The translations under genes were made by a program, and so were the position numbers. A stretch of 64,000 nucleotides of DNA from Octopus vulgaris (Eukaryota). Positions 24,986-38,599 of this stretch are shown here, one piece after another (within the stretch, counting starts at the first letter, position 1; each line of letters begins with the position of its first letter). Under the pieces are notes generated by a model. The model was given only the letters and a program-made list of their open reading frames with translations. It made no database searches and was not told the origin of the DNA. The DNA is taken from positions 123,752,001 to 123,816,000 of the forward strand of contig OX597816.1 of assembly GCA_951406725.2 (NCBI GenBank). The letters are read 5' to 3'.

Positions 24986-25485
24986 TAAAAAATAAAATGT
25001 AAAATGTTTTGTTTTTTTGTTTTTGAAAGACACTATATTTTATAATCATAGTATAATATACTTTAGTGAAAATTGTGCGAGTGTTAATCTACAAATTTAA
25101 CTACATTTTTTCCATTCATTTCTGTTTATGAACATGTATGCGTGCATAAAACGTGCAATAGGTGTACATACGTATGTGTATGTGTGTTCGTGTCTGTTGC
25201 CTATATATATTTATATTATATTATTATTTTTTTTTTTCTAGTTTCAGCTCAGAGCTGCGGCCATGCTGATATATAAATATAATATATATAATATATATAA
25301 TATATATATATAACTAATTTCAATGGATTTTGCCCAAATTTGATGTCTATATTACTTAGTTTGGTTTGAAATAAAGAACTTGATTAGCTTAATAATCATA
25401 ACTTAATCCCAAGCAAGGCCGGGTTATACTGCTAGTATATATATAAAATATATATATAAATACAAATATAAATAAATGTCTCTAA

Positions 25486-25492
<7 letters not shown>

Positions 25493-25576
<84 letters not shown>
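25493..25576. repeat. (TA)n microsatellite
   Basis: ~84 bp perfect TA run. Confidence 0.95.
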
Positions 25577-25577
<1 letters not shown>

Positions 25578-25799
25578 GGTAAACTTAAGTAATACTTTAT
25601 AATTAGGGTTCAGCAAAGATTTGCTTTACCACATACCGAAGTTTAGAAATAGCAGCCAAAAAACCTTAGCTATTTCTTCTACTTTAAAAAGGGACTCCCA
25701 GAAAGACCAAAATACTTGAAAACAATCCATGCAGGCAGAGAGGAAAAATAACCTTTGTTATTATTGATATATATATATATATATATATATATAAACAAT

Positions 25800-28280
25800 T
25801 GCAGTGTGAAACTTTTCTTTAGGAATATAATTAGTTCCCTTGATAGCTTGTTTCATGACCTTCAGAGTATGCGAAGCCAGAGATATTGTCTTGTACTTTA
25901 CTTTAACACCTGCTCTTTTTCTTCCTGTATGAACAGCTTACAAGAGAGCTTTGGAAAAGCAGCTGAAATGATTTATCTAAAGTCTTATTGCATATTTGAA
26001 AGAAAATTTTTGAGAAACCATCAAGCTCTACTGATTTTATCACATTTTAATATTAGTTTCTTTTATGTCCATATAATAATAGCTGCAACTTCTATTAGAA
26101 ACAATGTAGCATTGAAAACTGTTGGCCCAGCTATTTATTTGTATACCAGCTGGATGGTGAAATATTGTGAAAAGTTACTTGTGTATTTCACTTATTTTGA
26201 GAGATTCTACAAGAAGTGATATGCTTCCTTCAAACAATGGTCCCATTTTGGAGCGCACAGTGGGTCTTCTCCATTCGTTTGTGAAACTAGCAAACTGCAG
26301 AGCTAGTTTGATTTTTATAGCCTAGGTTACTTTGAATGTTCCCTTACATTTCAGTCTCATTTCATTTTTTATTTCGATGTCTATGAGGTCGATTTGTAAC
26401 TGATTATTATTTTTATTTTATCTATTTATTGATTTTTATGATTTATGTAATCTTTGTTCTTAGTCTCATGACAAATTTCATGTCTCTGGAGATGATATTT
26501 TTGTAAGCATTATCAGCTTTGCTAGTCGGGACATCTTAAATGTACATAGCTTGCATTATTGATATAAATTACTTAAGTGCTATTTTGTTGTCTTGCATAC
26601 AGGGGATTTGGGGCGTGTTTTATTCACAAATTTTTCTCAGCTGATCATTACAGAGCCTTGTGGGAATTAAATTTGGGCTGGATTGGTTTACTTTGTTAGG
26701 CTACTGTGTTACTCATTCCTTTGTGACCACACATTATTAATTTTTGAATGTTATGGTCAAGTAAAAGAATAGGAATCACATTTACCTTGTGGGTGATTTC
26801 TCCATTATTTATAATGTAGAGATTCGAATGTGTTGCTGTCTCTAGTGCACTAGCTTAGCTAGAGTGTGTGCTGTCCAGGGTGGCTCTTCCATTTACCACT
26901 CCTTGACCCCACAAAAAATACGTATTGCCAACAGCAATAGCCTACAACTGGATGAAAAGTGCCGCCTAAGGCAGACCGTCCCTACTATGCCCCATAGCTA
27001 TGCTAGTGCTCTGGTGGGGCAGCAGACTATTTGTTCCCCAAACTCCATACTAGCCAAGGAAAACTGAGACACTCTTGTCTTCAATCATAGTGAGAGAAAA
27101 TGGCTCCCTAACAGTTTTAAATTGGGATCAGTGAAGTCATCCAATAATAGTACATTAGTATTCTTGTCTACATTGTTTAATAGTTCTGTTGTGCAGTTTT
27201 ATTTCAAATTTTCTTTTACCATAATTTAATTTATCAATAGATATGTTCAAAACTATGCTGAAATGCTTTACATATGCTATTAATGCTACAAACAATTTGA
27301 GCCTGACAGCAGCACTGATCATGTTATGACTTTGTAGATACAAATCTCATCTCATTCGTGGCTTCTTTCTATCTTATAACAAAAGAGAACATACTCTGAT
27401 AAGTGAAATTCTGCTTTAATATATCTGCTGTCAGTTCTATGCATATAACCTGAATACATATGATGGGGTCATTAGGTAGGGAATTTTACTGCTGTTATTA
27501 GTCATAAGAAACTTTTGTAATTTACTAGTATAATTTATTTTACATGTTAGGTGATGTACAGGATGGACATCCAAGATTTATTATGTGAAAGGGCTTTATA
27601 CAATGATTGTTGCTGTTATATCCAGATCAGCTGCCACACTGTATTCTGGCAGTGAAAAATGTTGTTCGATTGCCATGATCTATGGTTTTCTCTTGCCATC
27701 TTGTCTAGTAGTATGTATACGTGTGCTTCTGTGTGTATGTGTGTGTGTGTGCGTGTGTGTTTGTGTGTATGCGTTTGTTTATGTGTGGTTGATTATGTGT
27801 GTTTGTATATGTAAGTTTATATGTGGTGCATGAGGAGAATGCATGCTAGCTGTGCTGTCACTTTTTTTGTAGATGTATTGAAATCGGTCATTTGATTCAT
27901 TGTTCAGTAACACATTCAATTTCTCATGTCTGTCTGCCACAAGATGAACATTTCTTACATCCTTGTGGAAAATGGTGGCAACAACCATCTCATTTAATAC
28001 ATCTTTGGTGGTCTGTGACATTTTTCTGTATTTGCAGATACCTCTCAAGTGTATGTTCAGGACTGGAGTCTTTGTCCATTTTTCTCCAGTTTAATATAAA
28101 GGCTTTTAGGCAGTAGCTTATCTTTATTATTATTTATTTTTTTATAACAAATTTTTATGTTTTTTATGTTTTGTTTACTTTTAATGGATTTTTCAAATTC
28201 TCATGTGTCATCTTTCTTTATTGATATTCCTGTTCTGCTGATTGAGGACTTGTATTGCTTCTGTCAATGTTTTTAATATT
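25800..28280 (-). mobile_element. Very old LINE relic (possible APE endonuclease region and Cys-rich ORF1)
   Basis: Weak - strand motifs: LLDHNI (cf. SDH), DLDITAT, and RGICKY / GCKKCSSC CCCH-like remnants at ~27900-28050; interrupted by a MITE and microsatellite. Confidence 0.3.
26848..27008. mobile_element. Small GC-rich MITE (hAT-like termini)
   Basis: Inverted ends CACTAGCTTAGCTAG ... ATAGCTATGCTAGTG with subterminal GCCGCC/GCTGTCC motifs. Confidence 0.6.
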
Positions 28281-28464
28281 TGGTTTAGATTCCTCTACAC
28301 CACTTTCTAACACACACACACAGAGGATATGTGTATATATATATGTGTGTGTGTGTGTATGTATGTAATGTATGTATGTATACCACTATATATATTCATA
28401 CACACACATGCACAAAACACACACACACACACACACAGATATACATATATATATATATATAAGT

Positions 28465-28627
28465 AGGTGCACGAGTGGCTGTGTGATAAGAAGCTTGCTT
28501 CCCAGCCCCATAAGTCTGGGTTCAGTTCCACAGTGTGGAACCTTAGGCACATGGCTTCTACTATAGCCTTGGGCCAACCAAAACCCTGTAAGTGGATTTG
28601 GTCGACAGAAACTGAAGGAAGCCCATC

Positions 28628-28663
<36 letters not shown>

Positions 28664-28855
28664 CTGTGTTTGTTCTCCCTCCATTGCTTGACAACTGGTG
28701 TTGGTGTGTTTATGTCCCTGTAACTTAGTGGGATGGCAATAGAGACCAATAGAATAAGTACTAGGCTTACAAATAATAAGCCCTGGGGTTGATTTCTTGA
28801 CTAAAATCCTTTAAGGTGAGCTCCAGCATGGCTGTAGTCAAATTACTGAAAAGAA
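28465..28855 (+). mobile_element. CORE-like SINE, full length
   Basis: AGGTGCACGAGTGGCTGTGTG head, GGTTCAGTTCC B box, internal (TG)n. Confidence 0.85.
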
Positions 28856-29655
28856 TAAAAAACTAGAATATATCGCTAGTGGTAGGTTCTAAGCAGGGAG
28901 TTTTGATGGATACAAACAAGACAAGTAAGGTTTTTTTTCCTCTCAATTGGAGCTGCCATCAAATTCTGGAAACCATAGCTTTCAGAGCATTTCTTATTGT
29001 TCTTGTCATTGGAATTCTCTTCAAGATCCTATGCCTGAAGGAACAGATGAACATTTTTTTTTTATTTGCAAGTTTGTTTTGTTATTTTGTTTCATTTTCA
29101 TTTTATTTTTTTCCTGTTTTAATTTAAGTCATAATATACATAGAAAAGGTAAGATATAAAGTTACATAAATATAATCAGAAAAAGGAAACTCTAGGTTTA
29201 TTGGAGAATCGAAAATAATACTTCGCTGGTTATTGATTAACTAGACTGTATGATATTTATATTAGCTGTTTACTACCTATCTTATAAACATTTTGCTATA
29301 ATTTAGAAGTATACCAAACTTTTGAAGAATATATAATTTTACTTTTATGGTAAGCTGAAAGAAAATATCAAATGCTAAAACTGAAAAGGACTTCCCATAA
29401 TTTATTGGATAAGATGATGAGTGAAAGGCTGTTATTGTGATGACAGGAAGACGTATGTGACGAATGCCTATTGGTGAGAAAAATTTGAGACAAGAGTTGA
29501 AAGTTTTATTAGATAATGAGAGGTTTTGATGGAGAGTATGGATATATACAAAATAGTAAATATAGAAATAAATATAGGAAGGAATGATTTATTTTATCCG
29601 TTTCTTTATAGAGATTACATAAATGAGGGAGTATTTGTAAATATTCAAATCTTAC

Positions 29656-29725
29656 CTTTCTGTTACATTTAACACACCAAAAAGTCGCTTGTATTTCTAC
29701 TAGAACTTTGTATTGCATGTAACAT
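29656..29725 (-). other. Candidate 70-nt exon
   Basis: AAATTTTTAG acceptor, AAG|GTAAGA donor; open in the phase left by the 33-nt exon (CYMQYKVLVEIQATFWCVKCNRK). Confidence 0.35.
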
Positions 29726-30975
29726 CTAAAAATTTACATGATTTTGTTCATGCTCCCACTGGTAGCAAGAGACTAAAAGGATAAACAGCAAAGGAGTGAG
29801 TGGTAGTAAAATAAACTAAATACAGGCGAGGCAAAATGAATGAATTATAATTAGAGTTAGACTCTAGTGAGAGGTTTTGTTGCAGTTGGGGTCGCAGTTA
29901 TTTTGATTAAAATGCAATTACAAATTTTTGCCATAAATTTTGTGAGAAATATATTTTCACTCAATATTACTGTTTATATTAAAAAAAGAAACAAGGAAGG
30001 AAAAATTGAAAACAAAGCATGCTGGGAAAAATACACACAGTGCAAATATTATGTAAATATTCTGATATAGAACTCATTACAATGGGTTGAATGGATATAT
30101 CATTATCATCATCATCATCTTCATCATCATCATCATTGTTTAGTGTCTGTTTCCATGCTGACACAGGCTGGACAGTTTAATATGGAACTGGCCAACTAGG
30201 ACTTGTCCAGACTCCAATTGTCTGTTGTAGCATGGCTTCTATGGCTGAATGCCCTTCCTAATGCCAACCACCTAACAAAATGTGTTGGATGCTTTCTATG
30301 TACCACTGACATGGGAGCATTTATGCAGTACAAGCACATTCAAATACTGACATTCTACTCTGAGTTTTGCTCAGGACTGGGTTGGTCTCTTCACACTGCT
30401 AACTTTTAATATTGTAAATACTCATGCATGTTTTTCAAATTAAATATCATATCTTTTACAGTTCCTAACCACATAGTTTTCAACTCAGCCTCACTGTGTA
30501 GCACTTTGTCTAGGTGTTTTGTACCCTTATTTGGATCAACCAAAGTTTGAGAGAGGATTTAGTAGAGGGAAGCTGAAATGATACACGTCATTTTGTGTGT
30601 GTGTGTGTGTGTGTGTGCATCTGCATGTGTGCATGTACGTTTGTGTGTGTGTGTGTGTGCATATGTGTGTCTGTACACGTGTGTGTGTGCATGCATGTTT
30701 ACATCTGTTAGAAAGTTACTTAGTTACTGGTGGTTAAATTTGATGTCATTTTCTCTGTTAATGAATCAACCTGGATAAACAGTCTCACGTAATCTCATGT
30801 ATTCTCATCCAAAATGGAGATGAGTAGCGATACTTCCATGTGGCATGCTTGAACAAATGTAAAGGTCTCTTCACATGAGGCCATTAGTTGCCTTGTTAAC
30901 CCACAAATGTGTGTGTGTAAGTAATTATGTATTTTATTTTACTTTATTTTTAGTTATTTTCATTTTGTTACTTAC

Positions 30976-31008
30976 CTTAGTACATTTCTAAAATGGGCAT
31001 TTCCATAC
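30976..31008 (-). other. Candidate 33-nt microexon
   Basis: TACTAAC branch point ~40 nt upstream, CCCCTTTTAG acceptor, AAG|GTAAGT donor; one open frame (YGNAHFRNVL). Confidence 0.6.
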
Positions 31009-31465
31009 CTAAAAGGGGTGCACCATTAACAAATACATCGCTTGTCAGTTAGTATGTAATGAGTAAATCAAGCTTACATTAGCGGAACTAAATATTTAAT
31101 ACCTCTGAAATATTCTGATGCAAGAATCTCATTCATTATGTTACAGCACAGCAATATCTGTACATCTATTTGCTATCTTTATATGTGTGTAGTGTGCTTT
31201 AGCATCAATGACATAATTGGATACAAATTACAAAGCAGCTGTAAACATATCGAATAAATATTTTTATCTCTCACTTCTATTGAATTTGATTAATGATTAA
31301 ATACTTTCCACCATTGTGATTCCTGAATTTCCAGAAGGATGTTAGCATTAATGTTATACCTTAAACTCAACGAGAATCTACTTGATAACTTTACACCCAG
31401 TGGATAGCTCAGAGTGAGTACTGTTTGATTCCTTAAATCCCTATCTCTAGATGTGTATGTGTTTG

Positions 31466-31506
<41 letters not shown>

Positions 31507-31789
31507 ATAAAATGGAAGATGTGTGTATGTGTATGTACTGGCCTTTTCTTGATCCCCTTTAAAATCAATATTCTTCATCTGATTTCGTTCATACTGGAAA
31601 CATACATAACTTATGTTCCAGAGATGGTCATAGACTCTTCAGCTTTTCCACATAATGAGTAATGCCGCCCCTATGATTGTTGCTTTAAGGGACATTACTC
31701 TTGATGATATAGTTACGCTACTTTCACTTCATCTTCTATTACAGGTTTTACAACATTTTCTGGAGGTATGACAAGAAGCTGAATCCTGC

Positions 31790-32662
31790 TGCCACACAAT
31801 AGCCTCACAGCAGCAATTCTCACCAGCTAGGATTTGACCAGAGTCTCCAGCAGCTTCACATAGTCATCAAAATTGAGCTTAAGGCCTTGGTCATAGATGT
31901 AGAGCAACATGACATCACCTTCTCTAGAGACACATCCAAAGACCATCACAGCTGGTCTTTGGGTGTGTGTTTCATGACATGTGGGGCTTCACATGGATTG
32001 TAGACAAGCCACCTGTTGTTCTAGGTGTTATGCAATTAGTTCAGGCAGAGTTTCTTTGCATCTGAGAAGAACCAGATCATCCCCAGTTCAACAGGGTGCC
32101 TCGGCTTGTTCAGGAGTTCTTTTGCCTTTATTGAGCCTTACTCTTTGGCGTTGGCTGTTAGAATTTGTTCCTTGTGCCTCTTGTATGAGTAATAACAAGA
32201 CCCTCATTCTGAACCAGCTTCATGGTGGCGACTCCAACACCCATCTCTCTTGTCAAAGCGCAGATTCCCTTGCTCAGATCTTCTATCGCTTTGTCCTGCT
32301 GTTGTTGTATGAAGTCCAGCATGTGGATACAGTCAGAATGCCTACTGTCTCTGTCTTGTTGACCATAGCTTAATAGTCTCCAATGCAGCTTTCCATGTCC
32401 CATCATACAGCCTTTACAGTGTTCACAAACCTTTCAACAGCAGTCATTACGTCAGCATTTTGATATTAGTATGAGTCATCATGACACAAGAAATTCTTTT
32501 CTAATATTCAGATGGTCTCCAATCCTCCATATCCGCTAAATTTTTCTCAAATACAAATTTAACCTTTAAACTCACCATCATTGTTGACAGTTCACCAATA
32601 CATCAAACTGTTCCTGAGAAAAGAAGACACAAAATGTCCTCAAATTTATCCTGACCACTCTG
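31790..32662 (-). mobile_element. Tc1/mariner superfamily (DD37D/maT-like) transposon relic
   Basis: - strand EDLSKGICALTREMGVG (HTH) and VMVFGCVSREGDVM..IYDQGLKLNFDDYVKLLETLVK; terminus CAGAGTGGTCAGGATAAATT. Confidence 0.8.
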
Positions 32663-32932
32663 TGTATATACAAAGTGTTTGGGCTAAATTTGACAATTTA
32701 TATTACATACTCATGAATTACTATTAAAAGCTTTATTATGAAAAGTTTCATAGACATAAAAAGTATTATCACATCTATAAATTATTGCAGTATTTGTCTG
32801 TCAAATAAAAAGGCAATCTTTAGGTAAGAAATCTATTTGTGCCTTCCACTATTTTTAATAAATATGCCTTTTACTATCATTAATAAACAATGGTCATTTT
32901 TAACAACATGATTATGTTAATCTGTATATAAA

Positions 32933-32994
<62 letters not shown>

Positions 32995-33329
32995 TGCCTA
33001 AAAGGAATGGAAGTAGAGCTCATCATATCCAAGGTAAATCAATAGATTGTACCCATAAAACTAGCAACCTTCACAGTTCAAACCAATTATTCTCACAGTT
33101 CAGAAACTTATTTGGAATAGATAGTTTTACATAATTCAAGAAGGTTTATTTTATTACAAGTGAAAACGGTTCTGTATGATAAATATATCAATCATAAAAT
33201 AGATAAGAAACAATATCTAATATTTTTACAAGTAAAACAATTTTAAAATGGTGTAAACATTTAATGAACTGATGTCATTTTCATTATATGGATCATTTTA
33301 AAGTATCTTGTTTGCAACTATATATTTGG

Positions 33330-35830
33330 CTATTTGATGAATAATTTTGAGCCTCATCTTTAAAAAGTGTATTTTTATTACTTTTTACAATGCAAATGTA
33401 TTGATAACATCAGGAAATTTTGGGGTTTTTAGTTTTCTAATGTTCAATGCTGACAGCCTTTCTTTGCTCATTGAAACTTTGAAATATGATAAGATCAGTT
33501 TCAACTAGCTGAAATATCGCTTACAGCTAGCAGTTGAAATTGCAGTAGAGAATGTTATCAGAATAGCCAATCACAAATCTGGATAAAAATAAAAACTCAT
33601 CTTTTTGCTGAATAATATATTTGAGGAGTTCTTCAGTCATGAAATACAAATGTCTGGGTGACTTTTTAGAGAAATCTAAATTTTGAACTGAAATTGTAGT
33701 GATGGGCAAATCTTCCATCTATTGCATTATGGAGATGATCAATAGTGTTTATCATTATTCACAACTTTTGAGTTTTCTTTTTATTTTGGCAACTGGCATT
33801 TTTTTTTTCTTTTTTGGACACTTTCCTTCTTGAATATCCCACTTATCATTCAGTTCTTGCCCAGCTTCAAGTGACACACTGCCTAATGATTCTGGACTGC
33901 TTAAATGATAACATAGAAGGTCCTTTAAATCCTACTTGGCATTATAAAACTTTTTGTTATGATCTTTGAGTTGGGTTTTTTTTAGCAAAGACAATCAGAA
34001 TGAGAATTTTAGTTAAAAATCCAAGCAAAAACCAGGAAATTAAAAGACCAAATTAGATTCAGTACTTACATCACCTCTTGCATCAGAAGTTTGATTTTGT
34101 TCAACAACGCTGTCTTGTAAAAGATATCAGAGTAAATATGAACTGGATCAGGAGTTTCTATTTTTAAAATCCTTAGTGTTTCAGAATAGACAACCAGTAG
34201 TATAAAATCTTTCAGCTTTTGCCAACACAGTGTTGAATGGGAAAAAGAAATGCAAAAAGCAATTGAATTACAAATGATGCTACCATCAATACATTCTGGT
34301 TAGCAACACACACTCCAATCAAATTGGGAGACTGAATATCATAGTTTACAAAAACAGCTTTGCAATTTTTTCATTAGTTCTCTGTTGAACAGCACGTTTA
34401 TAATCAGTCATAACCATAGCATTGTCATAAAATTGAGATCAACAGTCTTCTAACGGCAGCATTTCCACTTTTACAAGATCCCAAATTACTTTCACCATGT
34501 TTTCAACATCCTTTCATTTTAATTGGATACATCCAAGAAAAGACTCTTTTGTAAAAATTGTTTTCTCCTCAAAATCAATACCAATATAACAAACTGTTTT
34601 TGCCAATTTCTCTCAATCTACTTGATCTTGAGTAGAGTCAATCATGAGGTCAAAGTATTCGGCCTTATAAATGCTCCAAAGCAATTCCAGTAAACAGTAA
34701 GAAGCCATCAGTTGAATACATTCATTCTGCACTAACGGAGAAAATATGATATTTTTCCAGGGCTCTTTTCTGTATTGCTGAAATGTTTTTCATGTCAGGA
34801 TCAAAGTTTGCCAACAATTTTAATTACCACAAAATTTCCAAAATTGCTTTCCTCTATGGAATTCCTTTTGGCCACACAATGCAATTTTAACAACCACAGA
34901 TTTCCAAAATTGTTCTCCTCAATGGAATTCTTTTTGACCACACAATACAAGATTCTGAGCTGCTAAAAATTTCACGAAATGGAAAATTTTATGGAGAAAA
35001 TCTCAGTGATTTTGTGTGTGAATTTCAGTTTGAAGCTTTATGTCAGTCATACCATATTTTTTTTATAAAGATTTTATTTTAAATTTCCTTTCATAGGGTT
35101 AAGAAATATCGATAACTTCGTCTTGTTTTTTCATGGGTTGTAAACTTTTCTGGTGCTTTCCAGTGATCAAATCCATTTCCTCGTTCCAGTGAAGACTGAC
35201 TGAAAATTCGTGAAAATTGCAAAGTGCTGCTTCTTTTCTAGAGAATAAACAAGCATGAACATCAAACTTATCCATATCCATTTTCCAACATTCTTTTCAG
35301 CTATTTTTCATTTATTGATCGATTTTGTGTGAGAACTAATGGCCTTTACTACTTTGAAAATTCTTCAAACCCAATGTAATTATTTATATTCGAAGAACAT
35401 CTGATAAAATTACATTTTTATGATATTTTACCAGACGCCAAGAAACTTACAACATGATGCTAAATTGCACCTCAAATAGGCACTGCTGTGTTTTTTACTG
35501 TTTGTCAATATTCAAAGTTTTAGTATTTTATTCCGCTTTGGAAAATGCTCTGGTTCTTGAAAGACATTTAATTCTTTTTCTCAAACACTGGCAAGTTGTT
35601 CTACACTCATTTTTGATTCTGTTAAAGCTGCTAAAATACCAGGTTGTTCAAGAAATTACATGATAAAACTACTTGATATTTTAGCTTCAGCTTCTCGTAT
35701 TTTTCATATCATTCTGTCTTCAGTCATTCAAGTTAAGTTTCTATTTTGCAATGTTCACTTCATGGTCAAACAGGCAGGCATGTATGTTCTTTTCTGTTTT
35801 TGATTATTTAAATTCTTCCTCTGAGGAAGG
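33330..35830 (-). mobile_element. hAT transposase relic (ZMYM1/TTF-type)
   Basis: C-terminal dimerisation motif STASCKRYFS*LKLILSYFKVSMSKERLSAL; upstream KAEYFDLMIDST and KFLAAQNL.L.G motifs. Confidence 0.8.
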
Positions 35831-35879
35831 AGATGATTTCTAAAAAAGATATAAAGCTCCATTGTTGGAATGTAGATAA

Positions 35880-37960
35880 TGATAACAAGGTAACATTTTA
35901 AACTTGTGAAAATTCTTGCGTATTTTTACTGTTCCAGTTTTGGATTGTATTCGTAATGTGCAAGTTAGCTGGTTGATTTCTTTTCTGCAAATTCAAGCTT
36001 ATTCAGACTCTCAATTAGGCGTTTACTCACAAGACTAAGTGTACCGATTATTATCTGTATAAATGTAAACTAGTAGTCCAGATATAGAAGATAGAGGTTT
36101 CGAAGAGATATTCACATCAGCAGGACAGCTGACCTCTATGATGATACATAATTTTTCTTGTTTGTCCTGAACAACAACTTCTAGCCTATTATGCTTACAT
36201 ATGACAAATTTGGCACAAGTATTCCTTGTATTGATGTTTACATACATATTCAATAACAGGGGAATTCTCTATATCTGTTCCAGGATCATCTGTTTTCAGG
36301 ATGGCATTGTATATTTCTCTTGTAACAACATCATGTCACATAGGTAGGGAGTATCTTGATGACATTTTTGTGCCACTGCTAATCATATGTGGGATGTCTT
36401 CCACAGAAAAATAATGTAATCTACATATTTGCTTGCATCTTGGAACTCTAAGGGTTTCTTTGTCTCTTTTGTCGATTAAGTACTTAGAAGCAATCTCTCA
36501 TTCTTGGATTGCAAATGCATAACCTTTGAAGTGTGATGTAGCAGTCAGAAATCCAAGAGAGAGAGTTGACTTCATGTAAATATTACTGTCTACTCTAAGT
36601 CATCTGGAAACATACACATGCATGGTCTTCTTTTTGGTATGCTGAGTGTTACACATCCAAATCTTCTTTAAAATATGTTAGTCCATCTGTTTTGAGGCTG
36701 TATGAGAAGTCATCAGGAAGAGAGTGCTTGTTGCTGACATGTAGGATATTGTTCTTCTCACTTTTCAACACTGAGTTAATGTATTTATTTTTACTGTTAT
36801 TTAGCATGTGCTGTCTGAGAGAGACTTTATAACATTCGAGGGTAGTCTGCACTGACTTCAAGCCCTTACCTCTTTTATCTCTTCTAAGGTTGAACCTGTT
36901 GATATCACTATTCCTGTGAAGATTTCCAGTTGAAGTCAAAGCCTTGTGGGTTTTAACGTCTATGGAGTGCATTTCTTCTACAGATCAGAATCCCAAATGT
37001 TGGAATTAGCACTAGTACTGAAAATGCATTGTAGGATATTGTCTTGTTGTAAGAAGAAAATTCCAACTGTCATAATATTCTTAGGTCACTCTATCTTTAT
37101 TCACAGAACCTTCCGATGATACATCTTCATCAATGCTGACATGCATGTAGCATTCTTTGTGTGGAACAGGAGAAATACTGAAACCATTGATGCGCAGGTT
37201 TTGAGCCTGGAGTTCTGATTCTTCCCATTCAACAATCAAATATGAACATTTCTTTTGACCAAATTCCATTCCTATGTCAGCTGAAAATGATGTTATTAAT
37301 TCTGGCTGATTTTTGGTATTGTTAACATTTTTAGCATAAATCTCAAGGTCATCCACCAAGAAATTATGGGTTATATAAATATCTCTAGCAGTTTTAGACC
37401 CTAGCATGCAGCCATGTGATTTTTGTAATAAGAAAGAGAATAGATTTAACTCTAAATTAAACAAAATTACAGAGAGACAGACTATCTCCTTGGAATATTT
37501 CTTTTGAAATATTTATAATGTTGGAGACGCTTGTTCTGTTCCCAATTCTAAGTATAAGAATTATTGTCCTGGTCTTTGTGAGCCTCTCAACAGCAGCAAT
37601 TAAGGTAGCAGGCACTTTTGCCAAGTGGGGACACTTCAGCACCCATGAGGGGAGAATAAGAGTCAGATGCCCTCCTATAATCAAGTCATATTACTGTAAA
37701 GCTCCTATGATGCTTTTTTTTTATACTTCAGATAGTATAGCTTTGTTAATCAAAAGTTGTTTGGTATATCTCCACACTTCCTTCTTTCCACCAGCTAGAT
37801 TATCAGTCACTATGTTGTTAGACTCGCAATAACTGTGGGGAACTTTGTTAAAGTGGCTTGTTGGTGCATTATGTTTAGGTAAGCAATGGGTCAGTAGTGT
37901 TCAGCCACCTCAGTGGTTTCATTCTTAGCTACAACATTTGTTGATGTTATAGCAAACCAA
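35880..37960 (-). mobile_element. R4/Dong-like non-LTR retrotransposon (RT + restriction-like endonuclease), decayed
   Basis: IFQGDSLS, ITHNFLVDDLEIYA, FSADIGMEFGQKKC, IDVKTHKALTSTGNLHRNSDINR, KHNRLEVVVQDK..IIIEVSCPADVNI. Confidence 0.9.
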
Positions 37961-38055
37961 TTTGAGATGTCAATCTGACTTTAGATAATGCTTCTGAATA
38001 TACATATTAGTGGTTTCCCATAAAATGTTAGCCTCTTGTACCAGTACCCAACTAC

Positions 38056-38260
38056 TATGTATGTATGTATGTATGTATGTATGTATGTATGTATGTATGT
38101 ATGTATGTATGTATGTATGTATGTATGTATGTATGTATGTGTGTATGTATGTATGTATGCATATATGTATGTGCATACACGCATGCTTGGATTTGTGAGT
38201 GCACGCATACATGTGAGTGCACACACACAGGTGTGTGTGTGTGTATGGTGTGTTTGGTGT
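38056..38260. repeat. (TATG)n / (TG)n microsatellite
   Basis: Directly visible. Confidence 0.95.
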
Positions 38261-38599
38261 GTGTAATGAAGTGTGGATCACCGAGGAAGCTCTTTTATTG
38301 GTAACTTCCCTGAGAGCTGCCCAAGCATCAGTACATTTGTTTTGATTCTGGAGTATGTAGACCCCTTTCATCTACTTCACTTCCAATCAAAATAATATTC
38401 ACCTACCTCAGAATTACAAAAGAATTACTCCCTCACCTCTAGAATCAAAAACCTACAATTCTATGCTCCTTCATACAACTTTCCCTTATATTAATACCAT
38501 TCGATGACAGAAATAAAAAGGCTTCCACAAACACCATAAGAACCTTACCATAAGAAGAATCATAGAAGTGCTCAAATCACCATGTAAAAGGCCTGAATT

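Larger units (their letters stand above)
23795..25435 (+). mobile_element. Non-autonomous Helitron (outer)
   Basis: A|TCATATCTATAAAAGGG start; 3' hairpin CCCAAGCAAGGCCGGG followed by TTATACTG-CTAG|T. Confidence 0.75.

Noticed and set aside
25755-26219. 154-aa + strand ORF
   Set aside because: Starts in a TA run, has no recognisable domain, and is antisense to a probable LINE relic.
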